From NCBI GenBank assembly GCA_964291285.2, contig OZ219787.1:1792001-1856000 (forward strand): a stretch of DNA of 64,000 nt, read 5' to 3'. Each line of letters opens with the position of its first letter. The first letter of the stretch is position 1. The notes under the pieces are model-generated. The model did not search any database and was not told where the DNA came from. It was given only the letters and a program-made list of their open reading frames with translations. Made by a program: the position numbers and the translations under genes. Below are positions 1 to 10,833 of this stretch, piece by piece. This stretch comes from Alphaproteobacteria bacterium. GTDB lineage: Bacteria; Pseudomonadota; Alphaproteobacteria; Bin95.

Positions 1-396
1 GGCCGCGAGCGCGGCATCGGCGGCGGCGGCGCTGGTGGCCGCAACGGCGGCGACGGCGTGGCCGTCATAGAGCGCCTTGCCGCGCGCCATGGTGTTGCCG
101 GACATGTCCTTGAAGTCCGCCGGGCCTTCTCCGACGAAGGCTTCCTCGCTGGTGATCTCCGGCATGTCGGCGGCGGTCATCACCGCCTTGACGCCGGGGA
201 CCGCCTCGGCCTTCGAGGTGTCGATGGAGCGGATGCGGGCATGGGCGTGCGGGCTGCGCAGCACCTTGCCGACGAGCTGGCCGGGAAGCTGGAAGTCGGC
301 CCCGAACTGGGCGCGGCCGGTGACCTTGTCCACGCCGTCCGGGCGGATCGGCCTCGTGCCGACAACCTTGAGGTCGGGGGTTCCGTCAGGCGCCAT
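1..396 (-). CDS. Xanthine dehydrogenase/CoxL-family molybdopterin-binding large subunit, N-terminal part (runs off window start)
   Basis: Manual translation from ATG 396: MAPDGTPDLKVVGTRPIRPDGVDKVTGRAQFGADFQLPGQLVGKVLRSPHAHARIRSIDTSKA; directly follows the 2Fe-2S subunit. Confidence 0.88.
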   Translation of the reverse strand, partial: MAPDGTPDLKVVGTRPIRPDGVDKVTGRAQFGADFQLPGQLVGKVLRSPHAHARIRSIDTSKAEAVPGVKAVMTAADMPEITSEEAFVGEGPADFKDMSGNTMARGKALYDGHAVAAVAATSAAAADAALAA

Positions 397-397
397 G

Positions 398-877
398 TCA
401 GGATGCTCCTCTCATGTCGGCGGCCGTGTCGAGCACGGCGCGGATGATTTTATCGTAGCCGGTGCAGCGGCAGAGGTTGCCGGCGAGCCAGTAGCGCGCC
501 TCCTCCTCCGTCGGGTCCGGGTTGCGCTCAAGCAGCGCCCTCGATGCGACGAGGAAGCCCGGCGTGCAGATGCCGCATTGCAGCGCCGCATATTCCAGGA
601 ATTTCTGCTGCAGCGGGTGCAGTTGGTCCCCGTCGGCCATGCCCTCGATGGTCTGGATGGCGTGGCCCTCGGCCTCGACGCCCAGCATCAGACAGGAGCA
701 GACGAGACGATCGTCGACCGTGATCGAGCAGGCGCCGCAGTCGCCCGTGGCGCAGCCTTCCTTGGTACCGGTCAGGTGCAATTCGTCGCGAAGCACGTCG
801 AGCATGGTCTGCTCCGTGTTGCAGAGGAACTCGACCGGCTCGCCGTTGATCGTGGTGGAAATGTGATGTTTCGCCAT
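398..877 (-). CDS. (2Fe-2S)-binding small subunit (CoxS/XdhC-like)
   Basis: GTKEGCATGDCGAC and QCGICTPG...GNLCRCTGY motifs. Confidence 0.95.
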   Translation of the reverse strand: MAKHHISTTINGEPVEFLCNTEQTMLDVLRDELHLTGTKEGCATGDCGACSITVDDRLVCSCLMLGVEAEGHAIQTIEGMADGDQLHPLQQKFLEYAALQCGICTPGFLVASRALLERNPDPTEEEARYWLAGNLCRCTGYDKIIRAVLDTAADMRGAS

Positions 878-886
878 GGTTTCGGC

Positions 887-1753
887 TCAGGCTCCCGCGC
901 GCTTGAAGGCAGTGGCGGCCGCGCGGCGCGCCAGCACGCCCGCGACCTTGGTGCGGTATTCGATGGTGCCGCGCTTGTCGGAAATCGGACTGCAGGCAGC
1001 CTGTGCGGCGGCGTCGAGCGCAGCAAGCGCCGCATCGTCGAGCCTGCTGCCGACCAGCGCCGCAGCCGCGTCGGAGACAACCAGCACGGTCGGCGCGACG
1101 GCTCCGAGTGACACTTTTGCTGCTGTGCAGGTGCCGCCCTCATCCAGCGTCACGCAAACGCCGGCACCGACCACGGCGATGTCCATTTCCGTGCGCGGAA
1201 TGAAGCGCAGATAGGCGTCGCCTGTGCGCGCCGGCTTCGGCGGCAGCTTGACCGCAACCACCATCTCGCCCTTGGCGAGCGAGGTGCTGCCCGGCCCGGT
1301 CGGGACCTCTTCTACCGGAACCTCGCGCTCCCCGTTCGGCCCGGCGATGACGACCGTCGCGCCCGCCGCGACCAGCGCCGGCACGGAGTCCGCAGCCGGC
1401 GAGGCATTGCAAAGATTGCCGACGAAGGAGGCGCGGCCCTGGATCTGCGTCGAGCCGATCAGTTCGACCGCCTCCACGATGCCCGGCCAATCCCTGGACA
1501 GCGTGGCGTGCTCACCCGCCTCGGCGCCGGAGACGGACGCGCCGATCCGGTAGCCGCCGCCCTCGGTCGTGATCGTCCTGAGTTCGGGGATCCGCTTGGT
1601 ATCGACGATCAGGTCCGGCTTCAGAATGCCGGAGCGCAATTGAACAAGGAGGTCCGTGCCCCCCGCCAGCACCCTGGCGACGCCGCTTGCGTTCGCCAGC
1701 AACTGCACCGCTTCGGCCACCGTCGTGGGCGCAGCGAAACTCGGTGCGTACAT
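887..1753 (-). CDS. FAD-binding medium subunit (CoxM-like) of a molybdenum hydroxylase
   Basis: AGGTDLL, QIQGRASFVGNLCNASPAAD, PISDKRGTIEYR motifs. Confidence 0.95.
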   Translation of the reverse strand: MYAPSFAAPTTVAEAVQLLANASGVARVLAGGTDLLVQLRSGILKPDLIVDTKRIPELRTITTEGGGYRIGASVSGAEAGEHATLSRDWPGIVEAVELIGSTQIQGRASFVGNLCNASPAADSVPALVAAGATVVIAGPNGEREVPVEEVPTGPGSTSLAKGEMVVAVKLPPKPARTGDAYLRFIPRTEMDIAVVGAGVCVTLDEGGTCTAAKVSLGAVAPTVLVVSDAAAALVGSRLDDAALAALDAAAQAACSPISDKRGTIEYRTKVAGVLARRAAATAFKRAGA

Positions 1754-1927
1754 CCTTCCTCCTCAATCTCGCATGGTCGCGCAAACAGGCCCACTGACGC
1801 GCCATCGGAGCCGGCAGACCTCTCGGATACAGCCATTCTAGAGCCATCCGCCCCCCTTTGGCGAGAGCGCAGCGTCGATAAGTCGCCTCGGCCCGGATGC
1901 TGACCGATTGAAGTGATATAGGGGGTA

Positions 1928-2428
1928 TCAAAAGTCAATAATTACAGGCGTGTGCCCGCAATTCTCGATGAACCGCACAAGGTCTTCGGGAGCAATGGCC
2001 GTGGTGCGGTCATTCCTGAGCGGGTGGTAGTTGAGTGGCGAGATTTCGAGCATCCGGGCCTGCAGCACCGGCTGCACGCGCTGTTCGCGGTCATTCATCA
2101 GGGCAAAGGGTGTGACGGCGCCAGGCAGGATGCCCAGCACTTCCATGAGGCGCTCCGCCGAGCCGAAGGAAGGGCGTCCCGCGCCGATGCGCCCGCCAAG
2201 CTCCTTCAGGTCGACCCTCGCATCCTCCAGGCAGACGACCAGCCAGTAAGCATTCTTCCGGTTCTTCAGGAACAGATTCTTGCAATGGCCACCAGCGATG
2301 CCGCCGCGCAACTCCCGGTTTTCGTCCACCGTGAACACCGGCGCGTGGCAGACGGTGCTGTGGCCGATGGCGAGCTCGTCGAGGCGGGCGAAAAGGTCGT
2401 CCGGCGTGGCGGGCACGGAGGCCGTCAT
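1928..2428 (-). CDS. YbaK/ProX (PrdX-like) aminoacyl-tRNA editing domain protein
   Basis: GHCKNLFLK, PGAVTPFAL, NYHPLRND motifs. Confidence 0.9.
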   Translation of the reverse strand: MTASVPATPDDLFARLDELAIGHSTVCHAPVFTVDENRELRGGIAGGHCKNLFLKNRKNAYWLVVCLEDARVDLKELGGRIGAGRPSFGSAERLMEVLGILPGAVTPFALMNDREQRVQPVLQARMLEISPLNYHPLRNDRTTAIAPEDLVRFIENCGHTPVIIDF

Positions 2429-3828
2429 GCCGTTGCTGCGGCTGCGACGGCGAGCGCCGCGGCATCGTGGCGCGGCAGGTCCATCAGCACGACCTTCAGG
2501 CGCCCGGCGGCGGCCTTGCCGACCGCGTCCGCCGCGAGTGCGTCGTATTTGGAGAGCAGCGCCGCCTCGCGGCCGGGATAGCCGGGCGCGCCGGAGGGGT
2601 TGAGGGTTTCCGACCGCTCCACGCGCCCGTCGGGCCCGGCGACCTCGACCCAGCCGGGATAATCGGCCGGATAGAGGCCGTCGAGTTCGGCGTCAGGTAC
2701 CAGTTCGATCCGCCGGGCAAGTTCCACCAGTTCCGGGTCATTCAGCCGCTCGTCGGTATATTGCGCCGGCAGCGCATTGCCGTCCGCGAGCGCCGCGGCG
2801 ATGGTGAAGCGCGCACTCATCTGGCCGTTGAGTGCGGTGCCGGGCTCGTAATCGAAGCCGCACTGGACATCCACGACCCGCGGCAGGCCGGCGCGGACGA
2901 TCTCGTCCGGCTCCGGCATCCGGCCGAGGCGGTCGCGGATTTCCCTCGCGGCATCGACATAGGAGTGCAGGGAACCGCAGCAGGAATAGGGCTTGAAATA
3001 GACCTGCTCGACGGCCCATTCCCTGTCGAGCCCTTTCAGCAGCCGTTCCGGCTCTGCGGCATCGGAGAAGGCGTCGAGGAAACCGCCGTCATCGGTTTCC
3101 AGCACGCTCGCCGGCCCGGTGAAGCCCATCGCCGCCAGTTCCGCCGCCATGACGCCCGCATGGGCGGCGCGTCCGGGATGCAGGCGTTTGCTCATCGCGC
3201 CGTCCGCATTGAAGGCGAACAGGCCGGAGCCCTGAGTTGCGCCGAGGCCGAGCGCCCAGGCCGTCGCCTCCTCGTCGAGTCCGAGAAGCACCGCGCCTGC
3301 AGCCGCCGCTCCGAGCGGGCCGCATACGCCCGTCAGGTGCCAGCCGCGCAGCCGGGCCGCGTTCGGGTCGAGCGCGCGGGAGGCGCGCACCATCACCTCG
3401 TAGCCGGCGACGACCGCTGTTTCGAGGGCGTTGCCTGCGGAGTCCAAACGCTCGCCGAGCGCCAACGCTGCCGGGACGACCACCGCGCCCGGATGGAGTT
3501 TGGCGATGAAGTCGTCGAGTTCGAAGGCATGGGCCGCCACGCCGTTCACGAGTGCTGCGTCAGCAGGTCTGAGCGACGGTCCTGCCTCTCCCCACACGGT
3601 AGCGAGGCCTTCGGCGTTTCCCGGTGCGCCCGATCCCTGACGTGCCCAGGCCAGCGCCGTTTCGGCCCAGAACTCCTGCCGACCATGCAGCGCAGCGCCC
3701 ATTGTGTCGAGCAGAGCGAGGCGTGCGGCGTAGCGGGTGCTTTCCGGCAGCATTTCCGGGCGCAGGCCTACGAGCCAGCGGGCGAGTTCGGCGGTCAGTG
3801 CGGGCTTTTCGTTGCGGTCGCGCGGCAT
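2425..3828 (-). CDS. MmgE/PrpD family protein
   Basis: NGVAAHAFELDD, LHPGAVVVPAALA, KRLHPG, FKPYSCC; start taken at MPRDRN (3828). Confidence 0.9.
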   Translation of the reverse strand: MPRDRNEKPALTAELARWLVGLRPEMLPESTRYAARLALLDTMGAALHGRQEFWAETALAWARQGSGAPGNAEGLATVWGEAGPSLRPADAALVNGVAAHAFELDDFIAKLHPGAVVVPAALALGERLDSAGNALETAVVAGYEVMVRASRALDPNAARLRGWHLTGVCGPLGAAAAGAVLLGLDEEATAWALGLGATQGSGLFAFNADGAMSKRLHPGRAAHAGVMAAELAAMGFTGPASVLETDDGGFLDAFSDAAEPERLLKGLDREWAVEQVYFKPYSCCGSLHSYVDAAREIRDRLGRMPEPDEIVRAGLPRVVDVQCGFDYEPGTALNGQMSARFTIAAALADGNALPAQYTDERLNDPELVELARRIELVPDAELDGLYPADYPGWVEVAGPDGRVERSETLNPSGAPGYPGREAALLSKYDALAADAVGKAAAGRLKVVLMDLPRHDAAALAVAAAATA

Positions 3829-3961
3829 GGGACTGGCTCTCCGGAACACGGGACGGCCTGCCGGGAGGGTTCCAACGGCGGCGTTTTCCGGCAAAGAATG
3901 CAGGAATCGCGGTCCGGTCGCAAACCCGCCGGCCGCCTCGCACACACGGGAGAACATGCCC

Positions 3962-5155
3962 ATGCCGGGTCCGTTCGACGGCCTGAGAGTGATCGACCTG
4001 ACGACCGTGGTCGTAGGGCCCTACACCAGCCAGTTGCTCGGCGACCTGGGCGCCGATGTCATCAAGGTCGAGGCGCCGGAGGGCGACCTTTCGCGGCTGG
4101 TCGGACCGCACCGCAACCCGGGCATGACATCGCAATGGATGCATGTGAACCGGAACAAACGCAGCATCGTCCTCGACCTCAAGACCGAAGGCGGCAGGCA
4201 GGCTATGGAAGGCCTGATCGGCACGGCCGATGTCTTCGTCCACAATATGCGCCCGGAGCCGCTGGCGCGCCTCGGTCTCGACTATCCGCGGGTCGCCGAA
4301 GTCCGGCCGGACATCGTGTTCTGCAATATCTGGGGGTTCGGGCGCAGCGGCCCCTATGCCGGGCAGGCGGCTTTCGACGATGTGATCCAGGCCGGCGCCG
4401 GGCTTGCCGCGCTGGAAGGCTTCGCGACCGGCCAGGCGAAATATGTGCCGATGCTGATTGCCGACAAGACGACGGCGCTGTTCGCGGCGCTGGCGGTTTC
4501 CGGCGCGCTGTACCACCGTCTGGCGACCGGGGAGGGGCAGGAGGTCGAGGTGCCCATGTTCGAGAGCATGGCCGGGTTCGCCATGGTGGAGCATCTCTGG
4601 GGCGAAAGCTTCGTGCCGGCCCTGGACCGGGTGGGCTCCGAGCGGCATGCGACGCCGAAACGCTGGCCGATCGCCACGAAGGACGGCTTCATCTGCGTGC
4701 TGGCGACTTCCGACAAGCACTGGCGCGCAATGCTCGAGGTCGCCGGTCGGCCGCAGCTGATGGATGACCCGCGCTACGCAACCCGTCCGGCCCGTTTCAG
4801 GCACCGCGACGAAATCAACGCTGAGCTCGAAAGCTGGATGGCGGAAAAGACCACCGAGGAATGGGCGGGGCCGTTGTCGGAGGCGGGCGTGCCCTGCATG
4901 CCCGTGCAGAGCCTTGAGCAGGTGGTCGCGGACCCTCATTTGGCCGAAGTCGGCTTCTGGCACGAGATCGACCATCCGAGCGAGGGCCGGCTTCGGCTGA
5001 TGGCGCCTTCGTTCACGCTCAATCGCTCGCCCGCCTCGATCCGCCGGCCGCCGCCCCACCAGGGGGAGCACACGCGGGAAGTGCTGGCGGAAATCGGCTT
5101 CGACGACGCCGGGATCGAGGACCTGCTGACCTCCGGCGCAGCGATGGCGGAGTAA
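3962..5155 (+). CDS. CaiB/BaiF (class III) CoA-transferase
   Basis: GLRVIDLT, LGDLGADVIKVE, NRNKRSIVLDLK motifs; start 3956 or 3962. Confidence 0.93.
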   Translation: MPGPFDGLRVIDLTTVVVGPYTSQLLGDLGADVIKVEAPEGDLSRLVGPHRNPGMTSQWMHVNRNKRSIVLDLKTEGGRQAMEGLIGTADVFVHNMRPEPLARLGLDYPRVAEVRPDIVFCNIWGFGRSGPYAGQAAFDDVIQAGAGLAALEGFATGQAKYVPMLIADKTTALFAALAVSGALYHRLATGEGQEVEVPMFESMAGFAMVEHLWGESFVPALDRVGSERHATPKRWPIATKDGFICVLATSDKHWRAMLEVAGRPQLMDDPRYATRPARFRHRDEINAELESWMAEKTTEEWAGPLSEAGVPCMPVQSLEQVVADPHLAEVGFWHEIDHPSEGRLRLMAPSFTLNRSPASIRRPPPHQGEHTREVLAEIGFDDAGIEDLLTSGAAMAE

Positions 5156-5182
5156 TGTAGTCGCAGTGCAGGAGTTGGGGCC

Positions 5183-5743
5183 ATGATGCAGGACGTGCCG
5201 GCAGGGCATATCGCCGCCATCGTCACCGACCTGGAGATGACGGCACCGCCCGCCGACCCCGGGCCGGCCGCGCCGTTGGTCAGGTGGCGTAACCCGGACC
5301 TCGATGCGTACCGCGCGCTGTTTCGCGAGATCGGCGAGGACTGGCTCTGGTTCTCGCGCCTCTCGCTCCTGGACGAGGCGTTGGCGGCCATCCTGCACAA
5401 CCCGCAGGTAGAACTCTATGCGGGCTCGGACAATGAGAGCATCGTCGAGCTCGATTTTCGCGAGCGGGGCTCGTGCGAGGTCGCGTTCTTCGGCCTGGTG
5501 CCGTCCATGACCGGCCGCGGGGAGGGGCGCCGGCTGATGGCGGCGGCGCTCGCCCTGGCGTGGCGGGAGGACGTGGGCAGGGTCTGGCTGCATGCCTGCA
5601 CGCACGACCACCCGGCGGCGCTACCCTTCTATCTCTCCTGCGGGTTCCGTGCCGTGCGCCGGCGCATCGAGGTCGAGCCCGACCCGAGGCTTGACGGGCG
5701 GATCGCGCCGCAAGCTGCTTCGCACCATCCCGTCATCCGTTGA
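5183..5743 (+). CDS. GNAT family N-acetyltransferase
   Basis: FFGLVPSMTGRGEG acetyl-CoA motif; WLHACTHDHPAALPFY. Confidence 0.85.
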   Translation: MMQDVPAGHIAAIVTDLEMTAPPADPGPAAPLVRWRNPDLDAYRALFREIGEDWLWFSRLSLLDEALAAILHNPQVELYAGSDNESIVELDFRERGSCEVAFFGLVPSMTGRGEGRRLMAAALALAWREDVGRVWLHACTHDHPAALPFYLSCGFRAVRRRIEVEPDPRLDGRIAPQAASHHPVIR

Positions 5744-5832
5744 ATGTGACTTCCAAGGGCCGCATTGCGCAGCATGGCCGGAGTCTCCTAAACCGGCCCC
5801 GGACTGGCATTTCCGAACCGGAGAAGAACGAC

Positions 5833-6621
5833 ATGCAGATTTCCATGACCGGGCGCACGGCGCTCATCACCGGCGGCAGCGACGGCATGGGCCGGGCGAT
5901 GGCGCTGAAATTCGCAGGCGCCGGCGCGTCGGTCGCCATCGCCGCCCGCCGCCAGGGGCCGCTCGACGAGGCGCTGGCCGCGCTGGAAGCGGTTGCGCCG
6001 GGCCGCGCGGCCGCCTTTTCCGCCGATGTCAGCAGGGTCGAAGACTGCGAACGGATCTACCGCGATACCGTGGTGCGGTTCGGCGCCGTGGACATTCTGG
6101 TCAACAATGCCGGGACGTCGCAGACCGGCAAATTCGAGGAGATCGACGACGCGACCTGGCAGGCCGACCTCGACCTCAAGCTGTTCGCTGCGATCCGGCT
6201 GTGCCGGCTGGCGCTGCCGGACATGAAGGCGCGCGGCTGGGGCCGGATCGTCAATGTGCTGAATGTGGGCGCGAAGGCGCCGCAGGCCGGCGGCGCGCCG
6301 ACGGCCGTTTCGCGGGCGGCGGGAATGGCGCTTACCAAGGTGCTGGCAGGCGAGGGCGCACCCCACGGTGTGCTGGTCAACGCGCTGCTGACCGGGTTTA
6401 TCCGTTCCGGCCAGTGGGTCCGCCGGCATGCGGACGCGGCCCCGGACACGGACTTCGACAGCTGGCTCGCAGGGATGGCGGGCACGCTCGGCGTTCCGCT
6501 CGGGCGCTTCGGAGAAGCCGAGGAGTTCGCCAATATCGCCTGCTTCCTCGCCTCCGACGCCGGGTCCTACATCACGGGCACGGCGATCAATGTGGACGGC
6601 AATCGCAGCCCGGTCGTCTAG
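5833..6621 (+). CDS. Short-chain dehydrogenase/reductase
   Basis: TGGSDGMG, DILVNNAG, YITGTAINVDG. Confidence 0.9.
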   Translation: MQISMTGRTALITGGSDGMGRAMALKFAGAGASVAIAARRQGPLDEALAALEAVAPGRAAAFSADVSRVEDCERIYRDTVVRFGAVDILVNNAGTSQTGKFEEIDDATWQADLDLKLFAAIRLCRLALPDMKARGWGRIVNVLNVGAKAPQAGGAPTAVSRAAGMALTKVLAGEGAPHGVLVNALLTGFIRSGQWVRRHADAAPDTDFDSWLAGMAGTLGVPLGRFGEAEEFANIACFLASDAGSYITGTAINVDGNRSPVV

Positions 6622-6659
6622 CCGGGCTTTCGGCGGCAAGACGCCCGGCCCGGCGCAGC

Positions 6660-6795
6660 TTGCATTCCGGGGCGGGCGCGCGTAAACAGCGCGCGATTTC
6701 GCACGCGGGCCGCGGCCGACAAGGCCGGTCCGGTTCCTTCCCGAGGGAAGGCGACGGCCCGTGTCAGGACAAACCGGAACAAGAAAGGCGAGCCG
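6660..6795 (+). promoter_or_regulatory. Putative sigma70 promoter and structured 5' leader of rpsB
   Basis: TTGCAT (6660)-17 bp-TAAACA (6683), then a GC-rich hairpin-containing leader; rpsB leaders are known S2 autoregulation sites. Confidence 0.5.
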
Positions 6796-7830
6796 ATGGC
6801 CGTGCCGACATTCACCATGCGCCAGCTTCTGGAAGCCGGCGTCCATTTCGGACATCACACCCGACGCTGGAACCCCCGGATGGCGCCATACATCTTCGGG
6901 ATCCGCAACGGCATCCACATCATGGACCTCCAGCAGACGGTCCCGATGCTCTACCGCGCACTGGAAGCGGTTTCCCATGTCGTGGGCGAGGGCGGGCGCG
7001 TCCTGTTCGTCGGCACCAAGCGCCAGGCGCAGGAAACGGTGGCCGAAGCGGCGCGGCAATGCGGGCAGTATTTCGTCAACCACCGTTGGCTCGGCGGCAT
7101 GCTGACGAACTGGAAGACAATCTCCAATTCGATCAACCGGCTGCGCGACCTTGAGGAACAGCTGGCACAGGACAATATCGGCCTGACCAAGAAAGAGTTC
7201 CTGCAGCTTCAGCGCGAGCGCGACAAGCTGGAGCAGACGCTGGGCGGCATCAAGGAGATGGCGGGCCTGCCCGATATCCTCTTTGTCATCGACACCAACA
7301 AGGAACACATCGCCGTCGCCGAGGCCCGCAAGCTGAATATCCCCGTCGTCGCGGTGCTGGACAGCAATTCCGACCCCGACGGCGTGGAATTCCCGGTGCC
7401 TGGCAATGACGACGCAATCCGGGCGATCTCGCTCTATTGCGAGCTGGTCACGAGCGCAGTGCTCGACGGCATCGAGCGTGAAATGGCGGCGTCCGGCCAG
7501 GACATCGGCGAGTTGGAGGCGGCGCCGCAGGAGCAGGCCGCAGGTCCAGAGGGCGAGCCGGAAGAGGCGTCTGCCGATACCGCCGAGGCGCCCGAGGCCG
7601 GACAGGCCACAGAGGCTCCCGAGCCTGCGGAGGCTCCCGAGGCCGCAGAAGCACCGGTGACCGCGGAAGCTCCAGAGGCTCCCGAGGCTATGGAGGTTTC
7701 CGAGGCTGCAGAAACTTCCGAACCTGTGGAGGCTCCTGAGGTTGCAGAGGCTTCCGAGGCCGCGGAGGCCGTGGCGGTGGACGATACTGCCGAGAGCGCC
7801 GGCGAGGCTGGCGAAGAACAGACGAACTGA
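6796..7830 (+). CDS. rpsB: 30S ribosomal protein S2 with long acidic C-terminal extension
   Basis: [38 protein letters not shown]. Confidence 0.99.
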   Translation: MAVPTFTMRQLLEAGVHFGHHTRRWNPRMAPYIFGIRNGIHIMDLQQTVPMLYRALEAVSHVVGEGGRVLFVGTKRQAQETVAEAARQCGQYFVNHRWLGGMLTNWKTISNSINRLRDLEEQLAQDNIGLTKKEFLQLQRERDKLEQTLGGIKEMAGLPDILFVIDTNKEHIAVAEARKLNIPVVAVLDSNSDPDGVEFPVPGNDDAIRAISLYCELVTSAVLDGIEREMAASGQDIGELEAAPQEQAAGPEGEPEEASADTAEAPEAGQATEAPEPAEAPEAAEAPVTAEAPEAPEAMEVSEAAETSEPVEAPEVAEASEAAEAVAVDDTAESAGEAGEEQTN

Positions 7831-7851
7831 CCGCAAGAAAGGCGAACACCG

Positions 7852-8772
7852 ATGGCTCAGGTGACGGCGGCGCTGGTCAAGGATCTGCGCGAGCGGACCG
7901 GCGCCGGCATGATGGACTGCAAGAAAGCGCTGACGGAAAACGGTGCCGACATCGAGGCGGCCTTGGACTGGCTGCGCAAGAAGGGGCTGGCTGCAGCGCA
8001 GAAAAAGGCCGGCCGGACGGCGGCCGAAGGACTGGTCGGCATGGCGCTGGAGGACGGACGCGGTGCGCTGGTCGAGCTCAACTCAGAGACCGATTTCGTG
8101 GCGCGCAACGAAGGCTTTCAGGCGGCGGTCGCGAGGCTGGCCGCGCTCGGGCTGAGCGTCGAGGGCGGTCTGGATGCCCTCAGGGGAAGCGAGATCGAAG
8201 GACAGACCGCCGAGGAATATGTCACCGGCCTGATCGCCACCATCGGCGAGAACATGAACCTCCGCCGCTACGCCACGGTCAAGGTCGGGCAAGGTGTCGT
8301 GGCAGGCTACATGCACAGCGCGGCGGCTCCGGGCCTCGGCAAGATCGGCGTCCTGGTCGGGCTCGAATCTTCGGGCGACAAGGAAAAGCTGGCCGCGCTC
8401 GGCAAGCAGATCGCCATGCATGTGACCTCCGCCAATCCCCGCTGGGTCTCGCGCGACGACGTCGATGAGTCGGCGGTGGAGCGCGAGCGCGCCATCCTCG
8501 TAGACCAGGCGAAGGCTTCCGGCCGACCCGACCATGTGATCGAGAAGATGGTCGAAGGGCGGATGCGCAAATATTACGAGGAGGTCGTGCTTGCCGAGCA
8601 GGCCTTCATCATGGACACCGACAAATCTGTGGCCAAAGTGCTGGAGGAAGCTGCGGGCGATATCGGCGCGCCGGTATCCTGCACCGGCTTCGTGCGCTTC
8701 GCTCTGGGTGAGGGCGTGGAACGCGAAGACAAGGATTTCGCCGCAGAGGTGGCCCAAACGCTCGGGGACTAA
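7852..8772 (+). CDS. tsf: Elongation factor Ts
   Basis: LRERTGAGMMDCKKAL, ELNSETDFVARN. Confidence 0.99.
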   Translation: MAQVTAALVKDLRERTGAGMMDCKKALTENGADIEAALDWLRKKGLAAAQKKAGRTAAEGLVGMALEDGRGALVELNSETDFVARNEGFQAAVARLAALGLSVEGGLDALRGSEIEGQTAEEYVTGLIATIGENMNLRRYATVKVGQGVVAGYMHSAAAPGLGKIGVLVGLESSGDKEKLAALGKQIAMHVTSANPRWVSRDDVDESAVERERAILVDQAKASGRPDHVIEKMVEGRMRKYYEEVVLAEQAFIMDTDKSVAKVLEEAAGDIGAPVSCTGFVRFALGEGVEREDKDFAAEVAQTLGD

Positions 8773-8797
8773 CACCCGGGCCCCGACGGGAGAGTTC

Positions 8798-9514
8798 ATG
8801 GCGCAGGAACCCCGTTTCCGCCGCGTTCTGCTCAAGGTTTCCGGCGAGGCCTTGATGGGCGGTGAAGAGTTCGGCATCGCACCTTCCACAATGCGGCGCA
8901 TCGCGGGCGACATTGCCGAGGCAAGGGCGCTCGGCGTCCAGGTGGCGGTCGTCGTCGGAGGGGGCAATATCTTCCGGGGGGTGAATTCCTCGAAAATCGG
9001 CGTCGGGCGCGTTGCGGGCGACAACATGGGGATGCTCGCCACGGTCATCAACGCGCTCGCGCTCCGCAGCGCGCTGGAGGACGCCGGCGTCGAGGCGCGC
9101 GTGCAAAGCGCGATCCCGATGCACACGGTCTGCGAACAGTTCATTCGCGAGCGCGCCGACCGCCATCTCCGCCGTGGCCGGGTTCTGGTTCTGGCGGGCG
9201 GCACCGGCAACCCGTTCTTCACCACCGATTCCGCCGCAATATTGCGGGCGAGCGAGCTTGGCTGCGACGCGGTGCTCAAGGCGACGAAGGTGGACGGCGT
9301 CTATTCCGCGGATCCCGAACAGGAGCCCGATGCCGAGCGCTATGACGCACTGACTTACAACGAAGTTCTTGAGCGCGACCTCAAGGTCATGGACGCCTCT
9401 GCCGTTGCGCTGGCGCGGGACAACAGCATTCCGATTCTCGTCTTTTCGCTGCATAATGCGGGTTCGTTCGCCCGCGCACTGACGGGCCGCGAGGCATCGA
9501 CGGTGATCCGGTAG
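8798..9514 (+). CDS. pyrH: UMP kinase
   Basis: RVLLKVSGEAL, GGGNIFRG, GTGNPFFTTD. Confidence 0.98.
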   Translation: MAQEPRFRRVLLKVSGEALMGGEEFGIAPSTMRRIAGDIAEARALGVQVAVVVGGGNIFRGVNSSKIGVGRVAGDNMGMLATVINALALRSALEDAGVEARVQSAIPMHTVCEQFIRERADRHLRRGRVLVLAGGTGNPFFTTDSAAILRASELGCDAVLKATKVDGVYSADPEQEPDAERYDALTYNEVLERDLKVMDASAVALARDNSIPILVFSLHNAGSFARALTGREASTVIR

Positions 9515-9529
9515 GAAAGCGAGGCTCTC

Positions 9530-10090
9530 GTGTCCGAAGACCCCGATATCGACGATCTGGAGCGGCGCATGAACGGCGCCATCGAGGCGCTGAAACGTGA
9601 ATTCGCAGGGCTGAGAACCGGCCGGGCAAGCATATCGCTTCTCGAGCCGCTGACTGTGGAAGCCTACGGTTCGGAAATGCCCATCAACCAGGTGGCGACG
9701 CTCGGCGCACCGGAGCCGCGCATGCTGACGGTGCAGGTCTGGGACAGGGGCAATGTGAAGGCGGTCGAGCGGGCCATTCGTGAATCGGCTCTGGGCCTCA
9801 ATCCCGCTTCGGACGGCCAATTGATCCGGGTGCCGATCCCCGAATTGAGCGAAGAGCGCCGGACGGAACTCGCGAGGATCGCTCATCGCTATGCAGAGCA
9901 GGCGCGGGTCGCGGTTCGCAATGTGCGCCGCGACGGCATGGACAAGCTCAAGCGTATGGAGAGGGCGGGGGACCTTTCCCAGGACGAACAGCATCTATGG
10001 TCCGAAGAGGTGCAGGAACTGACTGACCGCTTCGTCAAGGAAATCGACAGCGCCGTCGACGCCAAAGAATCCGAAATCATGCAGGTGTGA
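9530..10090 (+). CDS. frr: Ribosome recycling factor
   Basis: [25 protein letters not shown]. Confidence 0.98.
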   Translation: MSEDPDIDDLERRMNGAIEALKREFAGLRTGRASISLLEPLTVEAYGSEMPINQVATLGAPEPRMLTVQVWDRGNVKAVERAIRESALGLNPASDGQLIRVPIPELSEERRTELARIAHRYAEQARVAVRNVRRDGMDKLKRMERAGDLSQDEQHLWSEEVQELTDRFVKEIDSAVDAKESEIMQV

Positions 10091-10833
10091 CCGTCATGGC
10101 GGTCGAAACACGGGCGTTTCCTGCGCCGCTTGCGCTGCCTCGCCATGTCGCGATCATCATGGATGGTAACGGGCGTTGGGCTTCGGCGCGGAGCCTGCCG
10201 CGCGCGGCAGGTCATGCGCGCGGTGCGGAGGCGGCTCGGGCAGCGGTAAAGGCCGCGACCGAGTTCGGCATTGAGATACTGACGCTCTACACTTTTTCTT
10301 CCGAGAATTGGCGCCGGTCGGCGGAGGAGGTGGACGACCTGCTTGGCCTGCTGCGCTACTATCTCGGCAGGGAGCTCGATGACATGCACCGCAACGGCGT
10401 GCGGCTGCGAATGATCGGGGAGCGGGACCGCTTGCCCGCGGACCTCCGCGAACGCATCGCCCATGCCGAGGCCCTGACTGCCGGTAATGACGCCATCCTC
10501 GTGCAGGTCGCGGTCAGCTATGGCGGCCGCGACGAGATAGTGCGCGCCGCCCGACGCCTGGCCGAGGAGGGAGCCGCAGGCAGGCTCCGGTCCGGCGATA
10601 TCGACGAAGCCGCCTTCGCGGCCAGGCTGGACACGGCCGGCATACCCGACCCCGACCTGATGGTGCGCACCGGCGGCGAGATGCGGATCAGCAATTTCCT
10701 TCTCTGGCAGGCGGCATACGCGGAATTTTTCTTTACCGACCGGCTGTGGCCGGAGTTCGCCAAAGCCGACCTGGAAGCGGCGCTTACCGCATTCAGCCGA
10801 CGCGAGCGGCGTTATGGCGCCCGCGCTGCCTGA
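10087..10833 (+). CDS. uppS: Undecaprenyl diphosphate synthase
   Basis: [34 protein letters not shown]. Confidence 0.98.
   Translation: MTVMAVETRAFPAPLALPRHVAIIMDGNGRWASARSLPRAAGHARGAEAARAAVKAATEFGIEILTLYTFSSENWRRSAEEVDDLLGLLRYYLGRELDDMHRNGVRLRMIGERDRLPADLRERIAHAEALTAGNDAILVQVAVSYGGRDEIVRAARRLAEEGAAGRLRSGDIDEAAFAARLDTAGIPDPDLMVRTGGEMRISNFLLWQAAYAEFFFTDRLWPEFAKADLEAALTAFSRRERRYGARAA

Noticed and set aside
1-1753. Aerobic CO dehydrogenase (form I coxMSL)
   Set aside because: The diagnostic active-site motif lies outside the window; only the family can be called
2467-7836. Long overlapping ORFs (e.g. 2467-4767, 3560-5611, 5788-7836; also 28693-31209 and 56779-59457)
   Set aside because: Shadow frames of real genes in high-GC DNA, with no motifs
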